Below, in pieces: positions 9,532-20,720 of a stretch of DNA of 64,000 nucleotides. Each line of letters opens with the position of its first letter. Position 1 is the stretch's first letter. A program made the position numbers and the translations under genes. Below the pieces are notes generated by a model. The model was not told the origin of the DNA, did no database searches, and saw only the letters and a list, made by a program, of their open reading frames with translations. The stretch comes from Acetobacterium sp. Its GTDB lineage: Bacteria; Bacillota; Clostridia; Eubacteriales; Eubacteriaceae. The stretch spans positions 95,427 to 159,426 of the forward strand of contig NZ_DATCHP010000025.1 of assembly GCF_036508315.1 (NCBI RefSeq), read 5' to 3'.

Positions 9532-11739
9532 TTAATCAATTTTAAGCAGTCTGGCATTAATGGACACAATGATTGTGCTTAATGACATAAAAACTGCGCC
9601 TAATGCCGGACTGATAACAATGCCCTGATAATACAAGACCCCTGCTGCCAGCGGCAGCGCAATGATATTATAGGCGGTTGCCCAAATTAAGTTTTGTCGC
9701 ATTTTTCGATAGGTTGCCTTTGAAAGATTTAAAATAGTTACCACATCCAGTGGGTTATTTCTGACAAGAATAACATCTGCTGTTTCAATGGCAACATCTG
9801 TACCTGCGCCGATTGCAATTCCTAAATCAGCTCTGGCCAGTGATGGTGCGTCATTGACCCCATCACCAGTCATCGCGACGATCTTACCGCCTTTAATAAG
9901 CTCATCAATTTTCGAAGCTTTTTCCTGGGGCAATACTTCAGCAATCACCTGATCGATTTTTAAACGATTCCCTACATAGGATGCAACTCTCTGATTATCC
10001 CCGGTTAACAGTATGGTTTCAATATTCATGGATTTCAATGCATCAATGGCTTCCCTGGCAGTATCTCTGATGATGTCTGATAATGCAAGATAACCGAGAA
10101 GCGTATTTCTTTCTAACACGAAGACAACAGTTTTGCCTTCCCTGGCAAGTTTTTCATATTTTTTTTCATCAAAGGCTATTTTTTCTGACCGCAAATAACC
10201 GGGACTCACAATCATGATGTCTTTGCCATCCACATTGGCTTTTAATCCTTTTCCTGTGAGATTCTGATAATCTTTGACTTCCTTCATCTTTAGCTTTAAT
10301 TTTTTTCCTTCCTTAACAATACCTTTTGCAATGGGATGCTCTGAGTTTGATTCCATAGAATATGCAATAGAAAGAAGTTCCTCCTGAGATATTCCGACAG
10401 CAATAATATCGGTTATTCCAAATTCGCCTTCTGTTAATGTTCCTGTTTTGTCAAACACCACTGCGTTTAATTTTCGAGCATTTTCAAATGCAGCCCGATC
10501 TCTGATTAATAGACCTCTTTTGGCTCCGATACTGGTTGAAACCGCTGTAACGAGAGGTATTGCCAGTCCTAATGCATGTGGACAGGATATAACGATGACA
10601 GTAACGGCTCTTTCAATTGCAAAGTTTAAATCCTGTGTCAGGATCATCCATGCCGAGAAAGTCAGTGTTCCAGCTACTACAGCGATGTAGAATAACCATT
10701 TGGCTGCTTGATCCGCTAACCGCTGCGTATTTGATTTTGAAGCCTGGGCTTCACGGACAAGCTTGATAACCTGGGATAAAAAGGTATCCTCTCCAACCCG
10801 GTAAACTTTAAACTTTAAAATTCCCTCACCATTAATAGATCCTCCGATTATTTCATCTCCATTTTCTTTCTCTACCGGAACTGACTCCCCAGTGACCATG
10901 GATTCATTCACTGCAGACCTGCCATCATAGACCAGACCATCAATGGGAATTTTTTCCCCTGGCTTTACAAGAACCGTATCCCCTGCTTTTAAATGCTTTA
11001 CCGGCAGTTCTATGGTCTCACCATTATCCTGAATCACATGTGCCACTTCCGGCATAAGCTTAATCAGTTCATCCAGAGCTTTTGATGCTCCCATCACAGA
11101 TTTCATTTCTATCCAGTGACCTAAAAGCATCACGACGATTAAAGTTGCTAACTCCCAGAAAAAGTCATTGCCTCTGATAACAAATACCGTAAGCGTACTG
11201 TAAACATAGGCAACCGTTATGGAAAGGGTTATTAATGTCATCATTGCCGGGGATTTTTTCTTAAGCTCATCCACTGCGCCTGTAATAAAGGGTTTTCCTC
11301 CATATATAAAGAGTATGGTGGAAAGACCAAACAGCAGATAGGAATCCCCGGTAAACCGCCAGTCAACACCCATAAACATCTGAATCATTGGTGATAAAAG
11401 TAATATGGGAACCATAATAATTAATGATACGAAAAATCTTCTTTTGAAATCCTTCACCATCATTTCATGATGATCATGATGTCCCGTATGTTCCATATTC
11501 ATTTGACTTTGGTCATGTCCCTGATGGTTGTGCCCTTCCTGGGTCAATTCCTGATTGACATGATGTTCATTATGGTTGTGACTCATTAGTTCATGACTCT
11601 TATCCTGATTGACTTGATGTTCACTATGATCATGCTTCATTTTCTCGTGATCCTGATGATCTCCATGCTCGACATTCATCAAATCTCCATCAGATGAAGC
11701 ATTCTTTGGGTTTTGGGTTTTAAGTTCTTTATTCATCAT
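9532..11739 (-). CDS. copB: Heavy-metal P1B-type ATPase, CPH motif with a His-rich N-terminus (CopB-like copper exporter)
   Basis: 735 aa. The N-terminal ~90 aa is His-rich with repeated HxHxEHxVNQ units. TM motif SCPHALG; DKTGTLT, TGES and GDGVNDAP motifs are present. Confidence 0.85.
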   Translation of the reverse strand: MMNKELKTQNPKNASSDGDLMNVEHGDHQDHEKMKHDHSEHQVNQDKSHELMSHNHNEHHVNQELTQEGHNHQGHDQSQMNMEHTGHHDHHEMMVKDFKRRFFVSLIIMVPILLLSPMIQMFMGVDWRFTGDSYLLFGLSTILFIYGGKPFITGAVDELKKKSPAMMTLITLSITVAYVYSTLTVFVIRGNDFFWELATLIVVMLLGHWIEMKSVMGASKALDELIKLMPEVAHVIQDNGETIELPVKHLKAGDTVLVKPGEKIPIDGLVYDGRSAVNESMVTGESVPVEKENGDEIIGGSINGEGILKFKVYRVGEDTFLSQVIKLVREAQASKSNTQRLADQAAKWLFYIAVVAGTLTFSAWMILTQDLNFAIERAVTVIVISCPHALGLAIPLVTAVSTSIGAKRGLLIRDRAAFENARKLNAVVFDKTGTLTEGEFGITDIIAVGISQEELLSIAYSMESNSEHPIAKGIVKEGKKLKLKMKEVKDYQNLTGKGLKANVDGKDIMIVSPGYLRSEKIAFDEKKYEKLAREGKTVVFVLERNTLLGYLALSDIIRDTAREAIDALKSMNIETILLTGDNQRVASYVGNRLKIDQVIAEVLPQEKASKIDELIKGGKIVAMTGDGVNDAPSLARADLGIAIGAGTDVAIETADVILVRNNPLDVVTILNLSKATYRKMRQNLIWATAYNIIALPLAAGVLYYQGIVISPALGAVFMSLSTIIVSINARLLKID

Positions 11740-11764
11740 GTTCGCAACCTTTCTTTATCTGCTT

Positions 11765-11793
11765 ATATTACATTCGCTCATGTTATATGTCAA
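11765..11793 (-). promoter_or_regulatory. Sigma-70-type promoter of copB
   Basis: The minus strand reads TTGACA (11793-11788), a 17-nt spacer tataacatgagcgaatg, then TAATAT (11770-11765). It lies about 25 nt upstream of the copB ATG. Confidence 0.6.
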
Positions 11794-11926
11794 AAATGGG
11801 AAGGTATTTTCATGTTTCTTACAATATCTATATTTCTTTCTGATTGATTATATATAAATTTTTACCCGATTAGTATTATTTGAAACACGCATGTAATAAA
11901 CAAACTTCTGTTTTTAATTTATTTTT

Positions 11927-12814
11927 CTAAAGTATGATTGATACCAGTAATCCAAAAGCTACAGCTAAATGATATTTTACTCCGACCTTACCAATAAGAC
12001 CCATAGTCCTGCCTTTTGTATAACTGTTTTTATCATAAGACAAAAAATCAAATATGGATTTGTAAGGGAAAAATATAAAAACAGTTACTAATACAACAAT
12101 AGGATAGATATGGACTAAAAACAAGACAAATGTTAATACCAATAGCATTATTACATTAAAAATCCAAAGTCTCTCAGTATTTTTGACTCCTAATAAAATA
12201 GGTAGTGTTTTTCTTCCAACTTCTCTATCCTCTTCGATATCACTTAAATTATTAGACAGCAATATCGTGGCAATAAATAGTGCTGTAGGAATTGCAACTA
12301 AAACTGTATTTAAATTAACAACACCAGACTGTATATAAATCACTGTTGTTGTTATGCCAATCCCCATGGTTACTCCAGCTACGATTTCACCAATTGGAGT
12401 ATATGAAATAGGGAAAGGTCCGGATGCATATGAAATCGAAACAATATCTCCAATAATTGCAATGAGAATAATATAGTAACTTGTTTGTCCAGCAATAAAA
12501 ATACCAATCATTAAAGCGATAAGTTGAAATAAAAATATTATAAACAACACTTGTTTGGGAGTAATCTCTCCGCTTACTAAAGCTTTTTCATCACCACTTT
12601 TTTTGCTGTCCGCTCCACGTTTAAAATCAAAGTAATCATTGATCATATTAGTGGCACTTTGAATAAGTATCATAGCTACTATTAACAATATAAGATAAAT
12701 AACATTAAACTTTCCAAAAGCATACTTTGAATAAATTGAGCCTAGAATTACAGGAACAGTTCCTGCAACAAGGGTTTTTATATCCATAAGCTTTATGATT
12801 GACTTGAAACTCAT
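11927..12814 (-). CDS. menA: 1,4-dihydroxy-2-naphthoate polyprenyltransferase (UbiA family)
   Basis: 295 aa, polytopic, with NDYFDFKRGAD and a second Asp-rich DIEEDRE motif. It is the last gene of the men block. Confidence 0.85.
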   Translation of the reverse strand: MSFKSIIKLMDIKTLVAGTVPVILGSIYSKYAFGKFNVIYLILLIVAMILIQSATNMINDYFDFKRGADSKKSGDEKALVSGEITPKQVLFIIFLFQLIALMIGIFIAGQTSYYIILIAIIGDIVSISYASGPFPISYTPIGEIVAGVTMGIGITTTVIYIQSGVVNLNTVLVAIPTALFIATILLSNNLSDIEEDREVGRKTLPILLGVKNTERLWIFNVIMLLVLTFVLFLVHIYPIVVLVTVFIFFPYKSIFDFLSYDKNSYTKGRTMGLIGKVGVKYHLAVAFGLLVSIIL

Positions 12815-12838
12815 TCTTTACCTCTCCTCAGCAAAAGA

Positions 12839-13228
12839 CTAATCTCTATTTGACTTAATAATAGCATTTGTAATTGTCATATATGAAATTAAGGCATTAT
12901 TTTCATCAAACATCTCAACACTCCAAACATGAGATGTTTTCCCTCTATGTAATAGCTTGCCTTTTGCTAAAATGTAACCTTCTATTTTTTTAGGTTTCAT
13001 ATGGTTTGCAGTAATCGTTTGGCCCACTGCCACTTGATCTTTATTTATCTTTTGAAGTGAAGAATAGCCTGTTATAGTTTCTCCAAAGGCAATTGTTGCA
13101 CCTCCATGTAAAAAGCCGAAGGTCTGATTATGAAATTGCGTTAAATTCATTTTAGCTTCAAGTTCGCTTTCATAAACATAAATGTATTCTATATTTAAGC
13201 CCTCTATTAAATTCATGCTACTCACCAC
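12839..13228 (-). CDS. Hotdog-fold (PaaI-type) thioesterase, probable DHNA-CoA hydrolase
   Basis: 129 aa with FLHGGATIAFGET. It sits between menC and menA. The alternative start M5 is at 13216. Confidence 0.65.
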   Translation of the reverse strand: MVSSMNLIEGLNIEYIYVYESELEAKMNLTQFHNQTFGFLHGGATIAFGETITGYSSLQKINKDQVAVGQTITANHMKPKKIEGYILAKGKLLHRGKTSHVWSVEMFDENNALISYMTITNAIIKSNRD

Positions 13229-14327
13229 CTATTTTAATATAGTCTATTGTATACTTTTCTAATGCTGCCTCATCAATCTCGACGCCTAACCCAAAGCCTT
13301 TAGGTACTTTAATTATACCATTTTGTGCAATAATTTCCGGTTTAATGATATCTTTTTTAAAGTAACGCTTTGATGATGAAAGGTCACCAGGGATATAATT
13401 ATCATTTAAGCTGGCTAAATGAACATGCAATATTTTAGAAATGCCACTTTCAACCATGCTTCCAATCCAATACTTAATATTATTTTGCCTGCATAGGTCA
13501 ATCATTTGCTTAGCATAGTAAATTCCGCCAACACGACCTACTTTTATATTCAACACCTTAAGTGCTTTTAACGAAATTGCAGTTTTCAAGTCATTAATTG
13601 TTTGAATGCTTTCATCCAGACATATTGGCGTACAAAGCTCTTTTTGAAGTTTTTGATATCCCAAAAAATTTTCTGTATTCAGCGGTTCTTCTATACATAG
13701 CAAATTAAATTCATCTAACTCTTTTATTTCATTAATTTGATCAAACTGATAACTTCTGTTGGCATCTGCCAGCAGTTGAATATTAGGATAATTTTCTCTG
13801 ATAGCCTTTAACTTTATGAAGGCATCCTGGGGTTTAATCTTTATTTTAAAGCGAATATATCCTTCCTTTTGATAATCTTCAATTTGTTTTATAATAACTT
13901 TAATATCCAAATCACCAAGCACAACACCTGCATATATCTCCTCATTGGTTTCTTCATTAAATACACATTTCATAATGGGTAGCTTGTTTCTCCTGGAATA
14001 TAAATCTACCAAAGCATTTTCGAGGCCCGCCAGAGCCATTGGGTATTCCATATCTAAATTTTTATGCAAATCAAAAGGATGCTCCATATCTTTATGAATG
14101 ACATCTTTAATATATTTATTTATTAATACCTGCTTAGAAGCTCCTAATGTTTCATGGGTATAAAAAGGTTCATTAAAAGAAACAACTTCACCATAACCCT
14201 TATTTTTAAGTTCATCCTCAACTTTAATTACAATTGTTTCACGACACTTTATAGCAGCTTGTGATGTTTTGAAATCGAAATTCAAAGGCATTTTAATATG
14301 AAAAAGTTCAATTTGTTGAATTTGCAT
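13218..14327 (-). CDS. menC: o-Succinylbenzoate synthase (enolase superfamily)
   Basis: 369 aa with the FKIKIKP, LLADANRSY, CIEEP and CLDES metal-ligand pattern. men operon context. Confidence 0.8.
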   Translation of the reverse strand: MQIQQIELFHIKMPLNFDFKTSQAAIKCRETIVIKVEDELKNKGYGEVVSFNEPFYTHETLGASKQVLINKYIKDVIHKDMEHPFDLHKNLDMEYPMALAGLENALVDLYSRRNKLPIMKCVFNEETNEEIYAGVVLGDLDIKVIIKQIEDYQKEGYIRFKIKIKPQDAFIKLKAIRENYPNIQLLADANRSYQFDQINEIKELDEFNLLCIEEPLNTENFLGYQKLQKELCTPICLDESIQTINDLKTAISLKALKVLNIKVGRVGGIYYAKQMIDLCRQNNIKYWIGSMVESGISKILHVHLASLNDNYIPGDLSSSKRYFKKDIIKPEIIAQNGIIKVPKGFGLGVEIDEAALEKYTIDYIKIGGE

Positions 14328-14338
14328 TTACGCACCCC

Positions 14339-15679
14339 TTATAAATCCCTTTTCAGTATTTTCCCTACTGAATTTTTAGGAAGTTCTTTCATATGAATAA
14401 TTTTTTTTGGGATCTTATATTTTGCTAATTTATTTGAAAGATATTCAAATATTTCATATTCATTTAAGGTGGAAACCACATAAATTATAGGAACCTGTCC
14501 CCACTTTTCATCTTTAAGACCTACCACTGCACATTCATTTATCTTCGGGTGCGCATATAGAATATTTTCAATTTCTTTCGGATAAATATTTTCGCCGCCA
14601 GATATAATGATGTTTTTACGGCGAGCAATTATATTTAAAAAACCATCTTCATCTAAATATCCCACATCTTCTGTATTAAAATAACCGTCTATGTTTTCTT
14701 CACCTATATATCCATCCATTAACATAGGACTTTTAATTAAAATTTCACCTATTCCTTTTTCATCAGAGTTTTCAATACGGATATCTACATTTTCCAGTGG
14801 TATTCCTACAGAATCAATTTTTTCCGGATATTCTAATACAGAAAAAGTAGTAGACTGGCTTGTTGTCTCTGTCATTCCATAGGTTTTATATATTGGGATA
14901 TTTCTCATGATGCTTTTTTCTACTAAAGCTTTGGGAATAAATTCACCGCCTACCAATACTACCCGTAATTTATGTTTATCTATTCTCTCAACAATCCTAT
15001 TTAACATGGTTGGCACAATGGATATTATATTTACAATCCCCCTTTCTATTAAGCTTAAAATTTGTTCTTCATCAAATTTTTCCAATATAGTAACTTGAGT
15101 CCCGTTGTATAAGCTTCGCAATAAGATCGTTAATCCACTAATATGATACATGGGTAACACCAAAAGCCACTTATCCGTCAATGTTACCCCAATGCTTTTC
15201 TGTGATGCCTTTACATGTGCAGAGAACTGTTTCCATCTAAGAGGAACCGATTTGAATTCCCCAGTAGTAGCACTTGTATTCATGATAACAGCAATGCTTT
15301 CGGCATCAAACTCTTCTATTAATTTTATATCTTCCTTTTCACTTTTGTAGACTTCATTAAAGGATATAAATTTATTGTCATGGGAAAATACTACATTAAT
15401 TTTTATTAAATTCAATTGACTTCTTATTTCTTGCTCTGTCAAATGAGTATTTAACATCAGCACTTCTTTACCCGAAAATTGGAGGGCTAAAAAAAAGAGC
15501 GCCATGTCAACTGAGTTATTAGAATAAACAGCAACTCTTCTCTCAGTTTTTACATAGGATGACAATTTTCCAGCTAATTCCGTTACACGTTCATAAACTT
15601 CACAAAAAGTTAAATCATTAATAAACTTTTTATTGGAGCTTTCACTTTTATGTTTTTTAAGCCAATTCATATCTCTCAC
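14339..15679 (-). CDS. menE: o-Succinylbenzoate-CoA ligase
   Basis: 446 aa with the adenylation motifs NTSATTGEFKSV and YKTYGMTE and a C-terminal GKILKR. Confidence 0.85.
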   Translation of the reverse strand: MRDMNWLKKHKSESSNKKFINDLTFCEVYERVTELAGKLSSYVKTERRVAVYSNNSVDMALFFLALQFSGKEVLMLNTHLTEQEIRSQLNLIKINVVFSHDNKFISFNEVYKSEKEDIKLIEEFDAESIAVIMNTSATTGEFKSVPLRWKQFSAHVKASQKSIGVTLTDKWLLVLPMYHISGLTILLRSLYNGTQVTILEKFDEEQILSLIERGIVNIISIVPTMLNRIVERIDKHKLRVVLVGGEFIPKALVEKSIMRNIPIYKTYGMTETTSQSTTFSVLEYPEKIDSVGIPLENVDIRIENSDEKGIGEILIKSPMLMDGYIGEENIDGYFNTEDVGYLDEDGFLNIIARRKNIIISGGENIYPKEIENILYAHPKINECAVVGLKDEKWGQVPIIYVVSTLNEYEIFEYLSNKLAKYKIPKKIIHMKELPKNSVGKILKRDL

Positions 15680-15693
15680 CTTTGCCAGTTCAT

Positions 15694-16536
15694 TTATGGG
15701 AATTTAGGAAATTTTTTAAAATCAGGGTCTCGTTTTTCTTTAAATGCATCTCGGCCTTCTTTTGCCTCCTCTGTAGTATAAAATAATAAAGTAGCATCCC
15801 CTGCTAATTGCTGCAATCCAGCTAGTCCATCTGTATCTGCATTAAATGATGCTTTTAAGAAACGCAGTGCAGTTGGCGAATGCTGCATTATTTCTTTTGC
15901 CCATTTTACTGTTTCTTGTTCTAACTCATCAAAGGGAACCACTGTATTCACAAGTCCCATATCCAAAGCTTCCTTAGCAGTATATTGACGGCATAAATAC
16001 CAAATTTCCCGTGCTTTTTTATGACCGACAATTCTTGCTAAATACCCTGCTCCATATCCACCGTCAAAAGATCCCACTTTGGGTCCGGTTTGCCCAAATT
16101 TAGCGTTTTCAGAAGCGATTGATAAATCACATACTATATGCAACACATGTCCACCACCAATTGCATATCCATTGACCATTGCAATCACTGGTTTTGGAAT
16201 GATTCTGATTAAATGTTGCAAGTCTAAAACATTTAATCGCGGAATATTGTCATCACCAACATATCCTCCATTCCCACGCACTTTCTGATCCCCTCCTGAG
16301 CAAAAGGCTTCCATGTCTACACCCTGTCCATGATTAGCCCCAGTTAAAATAACCACACCTATTTCACTGTCTTCACGAGCCATAGTAAACCCGTGAATTA
16401 ATTCCATAACGGTTTTAGGCCGAAAGGCATTACGTATTTCAGGTCGGTTAATTGTGATTTTTGCAATTCCATCATAAGTTTCATATTTAATGTCTTCATA
16501 ATTACGGTTTGAATCTTTCCAATCAAATTTATTCAT
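15694..16536 (-). CDS. menB: 1,4-dihydroxy-2-naphthoyl-CoA synthase
   Basis: 280 aa, crotonase fold. [21 protein letters not shown] and [14 protein letters not shown] are typical of MenB. Confidence 0.95.
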   Translation of the reverse strand: MNKFDWKDSNRNYEDIKYETYDGIAKITINRPEIRNAFRPKTVMELIHGFTMAREDSEIGVVILTGANHGQGVDMEAFCSGGDQKVRGNGGYVGDDNIPRLNVLDLQHLIRIIPKPVIAMVNGYAIGGGHVLHIVCDLSIASENAKFGQTGPKVGSFDGGYGAGYLARIVGHKKAREIWYLCRQYTAKEALDMGLVNTVVPFDELEQETVKWAKEIMQHSPTALRFLKASFNADTDGLAGLQQLAGDATLLFYTTEEAKEGRDAFKEKRDPDFKKFPKFP

Positions 16537-16557
16537 ATTTTCACTCCTCTAAATTAG

Positions 16558-17349
16558 TTATAAAAATTCATTTAAAACTTTCACAAATGAACTGGCATCT
16601 TCAATATGGGTATTATGCCCACATCCATTTATTACAACATGTTTAATATTTCTATTCAACTCTTCAAAATTCTTACCGACTGCTTCGTATTTTTTATCGT
16701 ATTCTCCACCGATATATAATATAGGCATATATAATTTAATTATTTTGTTTTTCAAGCATGGAAATTTTCCCTGGCCGGTGCCTTTCAATGTATTTGAGAG
16801 TGCAAGGGTACTATTAGCTAATCTTCTTTTTTTTATTTCATTAATAACAGCTTCAGGCAATTTTCTTTGCGTTTTAAAAATACTTAAATCACTCCAATAT
16901 TGAGTAAACCATTCAATGCCATTTTCCTCTATACTTTTTGCTAAGTTCAAATCATTTCTGCGACGTTTTAATCGATTTAAAAATCCATTTTCGCCATAAG
17001 AAGCACTTTCTAAAATCAGCTTATCAATTTCCTTTGGATAGGTCAAAGCATATGCTAAAGCAATTCGACCACCCATAGAATAACCTAACATTGAATATCT
17101 CTTTAAACCTAATTCATAAATGAGCTTATTTAAATGCTTAAGCATTATATTTAAGGAATAGTATTTAGGGTCGATGGGTTTATCACTTTTGCCATGTCCA
17201 ATAAGATCTATTAATATTAATTGATACCCATGTAATTCAAGAAATTCCCAGGTGCTGAGATTTTCAGAAAAACCATGTAAACAAATAAGTGATTTCCCCC
17301 GACCCTTTACTTCAATATGATATTTAATATTTTCAATTTCGATAAACAT
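16558..17349 (-). CDS. menH: SHCHC synthase (alpha/beta hydrolase)
   Basis: 263 aa with the nucleophile elbow GYSMGG and a C-terminal GHNTH. It lies between menD and menB. Confidence 0.8.
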   Translation of the reverse strand: MFIEIENIKYHIEVKGRGKSLICLHGFSENLSTWEFLELHGYQLILIDLIGHGKSDKPIDPKYYSLNIMLKHLNKLIYELGLKRYSMLGYSMGGRIALAYALTYPKEIDKLILESASYGENGFLNRLKRRRNDLNLAKSIEENGIEWFTQYWSDLSIFKTQRKLPEAVINEIKKRRLANSTLALSNTLKGTGQGKFPCLKNKIIKLYMPILYIGGEYDKKYEAVGKNFEELNRNIKHVVINGCGHNTHIEDASSFVKVLNEFL

Positions 17350-17358
17350 GCTGTCACC

Positions 17359-19008
17359 CTACAATGTTGTGTATTTATCATGCAGTATTTTACTCAACTC
17401 TGAATCAATTTTTACCTCAATCAGCTTAACCCCTTCCAAAGTCAGCGCTTCATTGAAAGAGTCTTCAAAGGACTTATAGTCTTTTGCTTCATAATATATT
17501 GTATTATATAAAGTATTCACTCCCTCGAAGTTTATTCGCTGAGGGGTTAAAAATAATTTTTCAAAATGATTTTCCTTACTTTGGGGTAAATACCTGAAAA
17601 TACCTCCCCCATCATTATTCAACAACAGAATAATCAAATTCAGTTTATGTGTTTTTCCAATTAACAATCCATTTAAATCGTGATAAAATGCTAAATCACC
17701 GGTTACCAGAGTCGTTGGATTATTTGATGTGGATATTCCCAGTGCTGTAGAAACAGTACCGTCAATTCCATTTGCGCCTCTATTGCATAATACCTTTATA
17801 TTTTGATTGCGGGCTTCAAAAAAGTAATCCATATCACGAATTGACATACTGTTTGCTACAACTAATCTACTTTTTTCAGGCAGGATACTTTGCAGCTTTT
17901 GAATTAATTTTCCTTCAAATAAGCACTCTTCATTCATTGCACTCTTCAATCGTTCACGCATTTTTTTTTGATAGTTTAACCACTTGTCTAAATATCCTCT
18001 GCTGCTATTTTCTATACAAATAGATTCGGCAAATAATTTCGGTGAGGCCTGGATATATGTTTTCGTTGACAATGATGGGTTGCAATATTGAAAACTTTCC
18101 CCCACTTGTATATATAAAGCCTCCTGATGCAGGGTCAAAAACTGCCGCAACCGTTTCGAAACAGGCAATTGTCCAAAGTGAATAATAAATTCAGGCTCCA
18201 ATTCTCTTTTAATATCATCATTTTTTAAAAAAGCATCATAGCTATCAATGATAATATCGTTTGAGTAATTCCGCAGGTTAGAGAGTGGATCAGCGAGTAT
18301 TGGTACTTTTAACCGTTCTCCTAATTCTACTGCTTCTTTATGATAATTTGAATATGCATCTCCACCGCATATTATAATCCCATTCTTATTTTTAAAAATA
18401 GAGGCAGCAAAGGAAATCTGATTTTCTCCTTTGCTGTATTCAAATTTATTTTTTCCACGTCCTATGGTAAAATCGAGCTTACTCAAATCCGGAATTAAAG
18501 GGTCCCGAAGTGGTACATTAATGTGTATGACCCCATATTCTTTTGACATAGCGCTTGCAAATGCTTTTTGCATCACCACACGTACATATCGGCACATATT
18601 TTCATTTTCTTCAGGAAGTGCCAATTCTTCATAATATTTTGTGAAGTTATCAAATATTTTATTTTGATCAATTGTCTGTGGTGCGCCAACATTACGGAGT
18701 TCAGGCGGTCGATCGGCGGTTAAAACAATTAATGGTATTCCTGAATACTTTGCTTCCACAATTGCCGGCAAATAATTTGCCACAGCCGAACCTGAGGTGC
18801 AAACCAATACCACCGGTCGGGCCTGTTCTTTTGCTATGCCAAGTGCAAAAAAACCTGCAGAACGCTCATCAACATTTACAAAAATTTTAAAATCATGTTC
18901 ACAAAATAATATGGATAAGGGTGTCGATCGTGAACCTGGACTAATTACAACTTCACGCACTCCTAATTGATGTAGTTCGTCAACCAACGCTGCAATATAA
19001 TTTGTCAT
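17359..19008 (-). CDS. menD: SEPHCHC synthase (ThDP-dependent)
   Basis: 549 aa with the ThDP motif [12 protein letters not shown]...NNDGGGIF and an N-terminal SPGSRSTPL. Confidence 0.9.
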   Translation of the reverse strand: MTNYIAALVDELHQLGVREVVISPGSRSTPLSILFCEHDFKIFVNVDERSAGFFALGIAKEQARPVVLVCTSGSAVANYLPAIVEAKYSGIPLIVLTADRPPELRNVGAPQTIDQNKIFDNFTKYYEELALPEENENMCRYVRVVMQKAFASAMSKEYGVIHINVPLRDPLIPDLSKLDFTIGRGKNKFEYSKGENQISFAASIFKNKNGIIICGGDAYSNYHKEAVELGERLKVPILADPLSNLRNYSNDIIIDSYDAFLKNDDIKRELEPEFIIHFGQLPVSKRLRQFLTLHQEALYIQVGESFQYCNPSLSTKTYIQASPKLFAESICIENSSRGYLDKWLNYQKKMRERLKSAMNEECLFEGKLIQKLQSILPEKSRLVVANSMSIRDMDYFFEARNQNIKVLCNRGANGIDGTVSTALGISTSNNPTTLVTGDLAFYHDLNGLLIGKTHKLNLIILLLNNDGGGIFRYLPQSKENHFEKLFLTPQRINFEGVNTLYNTIYYEAKDYKSFEDSFNEALTLEGVKLIEVKIDSELSKILHDKYTTL

Positions 19009-19024
19009 TCATTTTTCCTCTTCA

Positions 19025-20203
19025 CTATAAACTTTCAATTATAGTCTTTAATTTATTTTTTGTTTCAATGTATTCAATTTCACAATTTGATTTATCCACA
19101 ATGCCACAGCCTGCATAGGCATATGCAATATTTTTCTCTATTAGAGCAGATCTTATTCCTACTACAAATATACCATCCCCATTTTCATCTGTTATGCCAA
19201 TAGGTGCCCCAAACAAACCTCTTTCATGTTTTTCATATCTTTTAATTAAGTCCAGAGCTTTATCCACCGGATTTCCACCTAAAGCAGGTGTCGGATGAAG
19301 CCGTTTTACCCAATGCAGTAAAGTACTTTTTTTGTCGTTTCCATGAATCCGTGTTTGAATATGGTGTAAATTTTTAAGTGTCAAAATTTTAGTTTCATCA
19401 ACTATCAATTCCTCTGTAAATTTCTTCATAACATCGACTATTGAATCAATAACAATTTGATGTTCATTTCGATTTTTAGTATCCCTTAACAACGCTTCCT
19501 TCTGTAATTCATCATTTTCATTACTTCGTAAAATAGTGCCGGCAAGTGCATAGCTCAAAATTTTATTTTTTTCCTTTTGAACCAAAATCTCTGGGGTTGC
19601 ACCTAAAAATGTTTTACCTTCTTTAAAATAACTAAATACAAAGCTATTTATGTTGTGTTTCAAAAGCTTCTGTAATACACTTTCTACATTTATTAAAGTG
19701 TCACATTGAATTTTAACTTCTCTTGAAATAACAACTTTATTTATCTCTTTTCCTGATATTGCATTATTAGCCCCAGAAAACATTTGCGTCCATGTTTCAT
19801 AATCGTCTATTCCATAGTTGTAAGAATGGTCGCAAACTCCCACTTCACTGTTTTTTATTTCAACAAAATCTTTAAAGTAATAAAATATCTGTTTCCCATC
19901 TTTTTGAACAAGATAATATTCAAAAGCAATATTTTCATTTCCAAAATTCACCCATTTTTCATCTTTGATGGAATCAAAGAATGTCATTGATGAAAAAATA
20001 TATAAATAATCCTTTACACTTTCATCCAAAGAAAAAGTTTTTAAACGTTTAGCACCAATAATAAACTCTTTTATTATTGGATTATAAAATAAAAACCGTT
20101 CTTCATTTTTAAAATGCTTCCAGAACGAAAGTGGATTATCCAATTTAATTTTTTTTTCATGATATTTCAAATTATATCTCCCTAAAACAAGCACTTGTAC
20201 CAT
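19025..20203 (-). CDS. menF: Isochorismate synthase
   Basis: 392 aa with the chorismate-binding motifs LHPTPALGG, ERGLFGAPIG and AGCGIV. Confidence 0.85.
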   Translation of the reverse strand: MVQVLVLGRYNLKYHEKKIKLDNPLSFWKHFKNEERFLFYNPIIKEFIIGAKRLKTFSLDESVKDYLYIFSSMTFFDSIKDEKWVNFGNENIAFEYYLVQKDGKQIFYYFKDFVEIKNSEVGVCDHSYNYGIDDYETWTQMFSGANNAISGKEINKVVISREVKIQCDTLINVESVLQKLLKHNINSFVFSYFKEGKTFLGATPEILVQKEKNKILSYALAGTILRSNENDELQKEALLRDTKNRNEHQIVIDSIVDVMKKFTEELIVDETKILTLKNLHHIQTRIHGNDKKSTLLHWVKRLHPTPALGGNPVDKALDLIKRYEKHERGLFGAPIGITDENGDGIFVVGIRSALIEKNIAYAYAGCGIVDKSNCEIEYIETKNKLKTIIESL

Positions 20204-20426
20204 CGCATTGTCTTTAAACTATGATAAATAATATGTCCTGCTATAGCTATAATAAATAAAGTTGTTGATATCTTAACCCACATATACTTCGTCATCCCTT
20301 TCTTAACATAAATTAAATTAACACTCTCAAATATTTATAAAAGCTTATTTTATAAATATTTTTTTTATACTATATCAATTTAAAGGGTATGCAATATACC
20401 ACACACCCTTTAAGCTTATTTAAATA

Positions 20427-20720
20427 TTAAGCTAACCTGAATTGTATTCCGAAACCTCCACGAGGATAGTTCCAATCGATATTATCATGAGGGCATGCAA
20501 TTCGACAAGCGCCACATTCCAGGCAGCCTTCAAATCCTACTGTGATCTTGTCATCTTTATGTTCATAAACCCTTGCAGGGCAGAGTTCGGTGCAGGGTTT
20601 ATCTTTGCAATCAGCACATACAGCCTGATCTTTGATAATTAAATGGGATATTGTGTCAGCATTATAGGTGTTCAAAAACAATTTATCATCAATATTAACT
20701 TTGTTTTTTATATCACCCAT
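20427..20720 (-). CDS. fixX: Ferredoxin-like protein FixX
   Basis: 97 aa with CPARVY and CLECGACRIACP motifs. Its start overlaps the fixC stop. Confidence 0.85.
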   Translation of the reverse strand: MGDIKNKVNIDDKLFLNTYNADTISHLIIKDQAVCADCKDKPCTELCPARVYEHKDDKITVGFEGCLECGACRIACPHDNIDWNYPRGGFGIQFRLA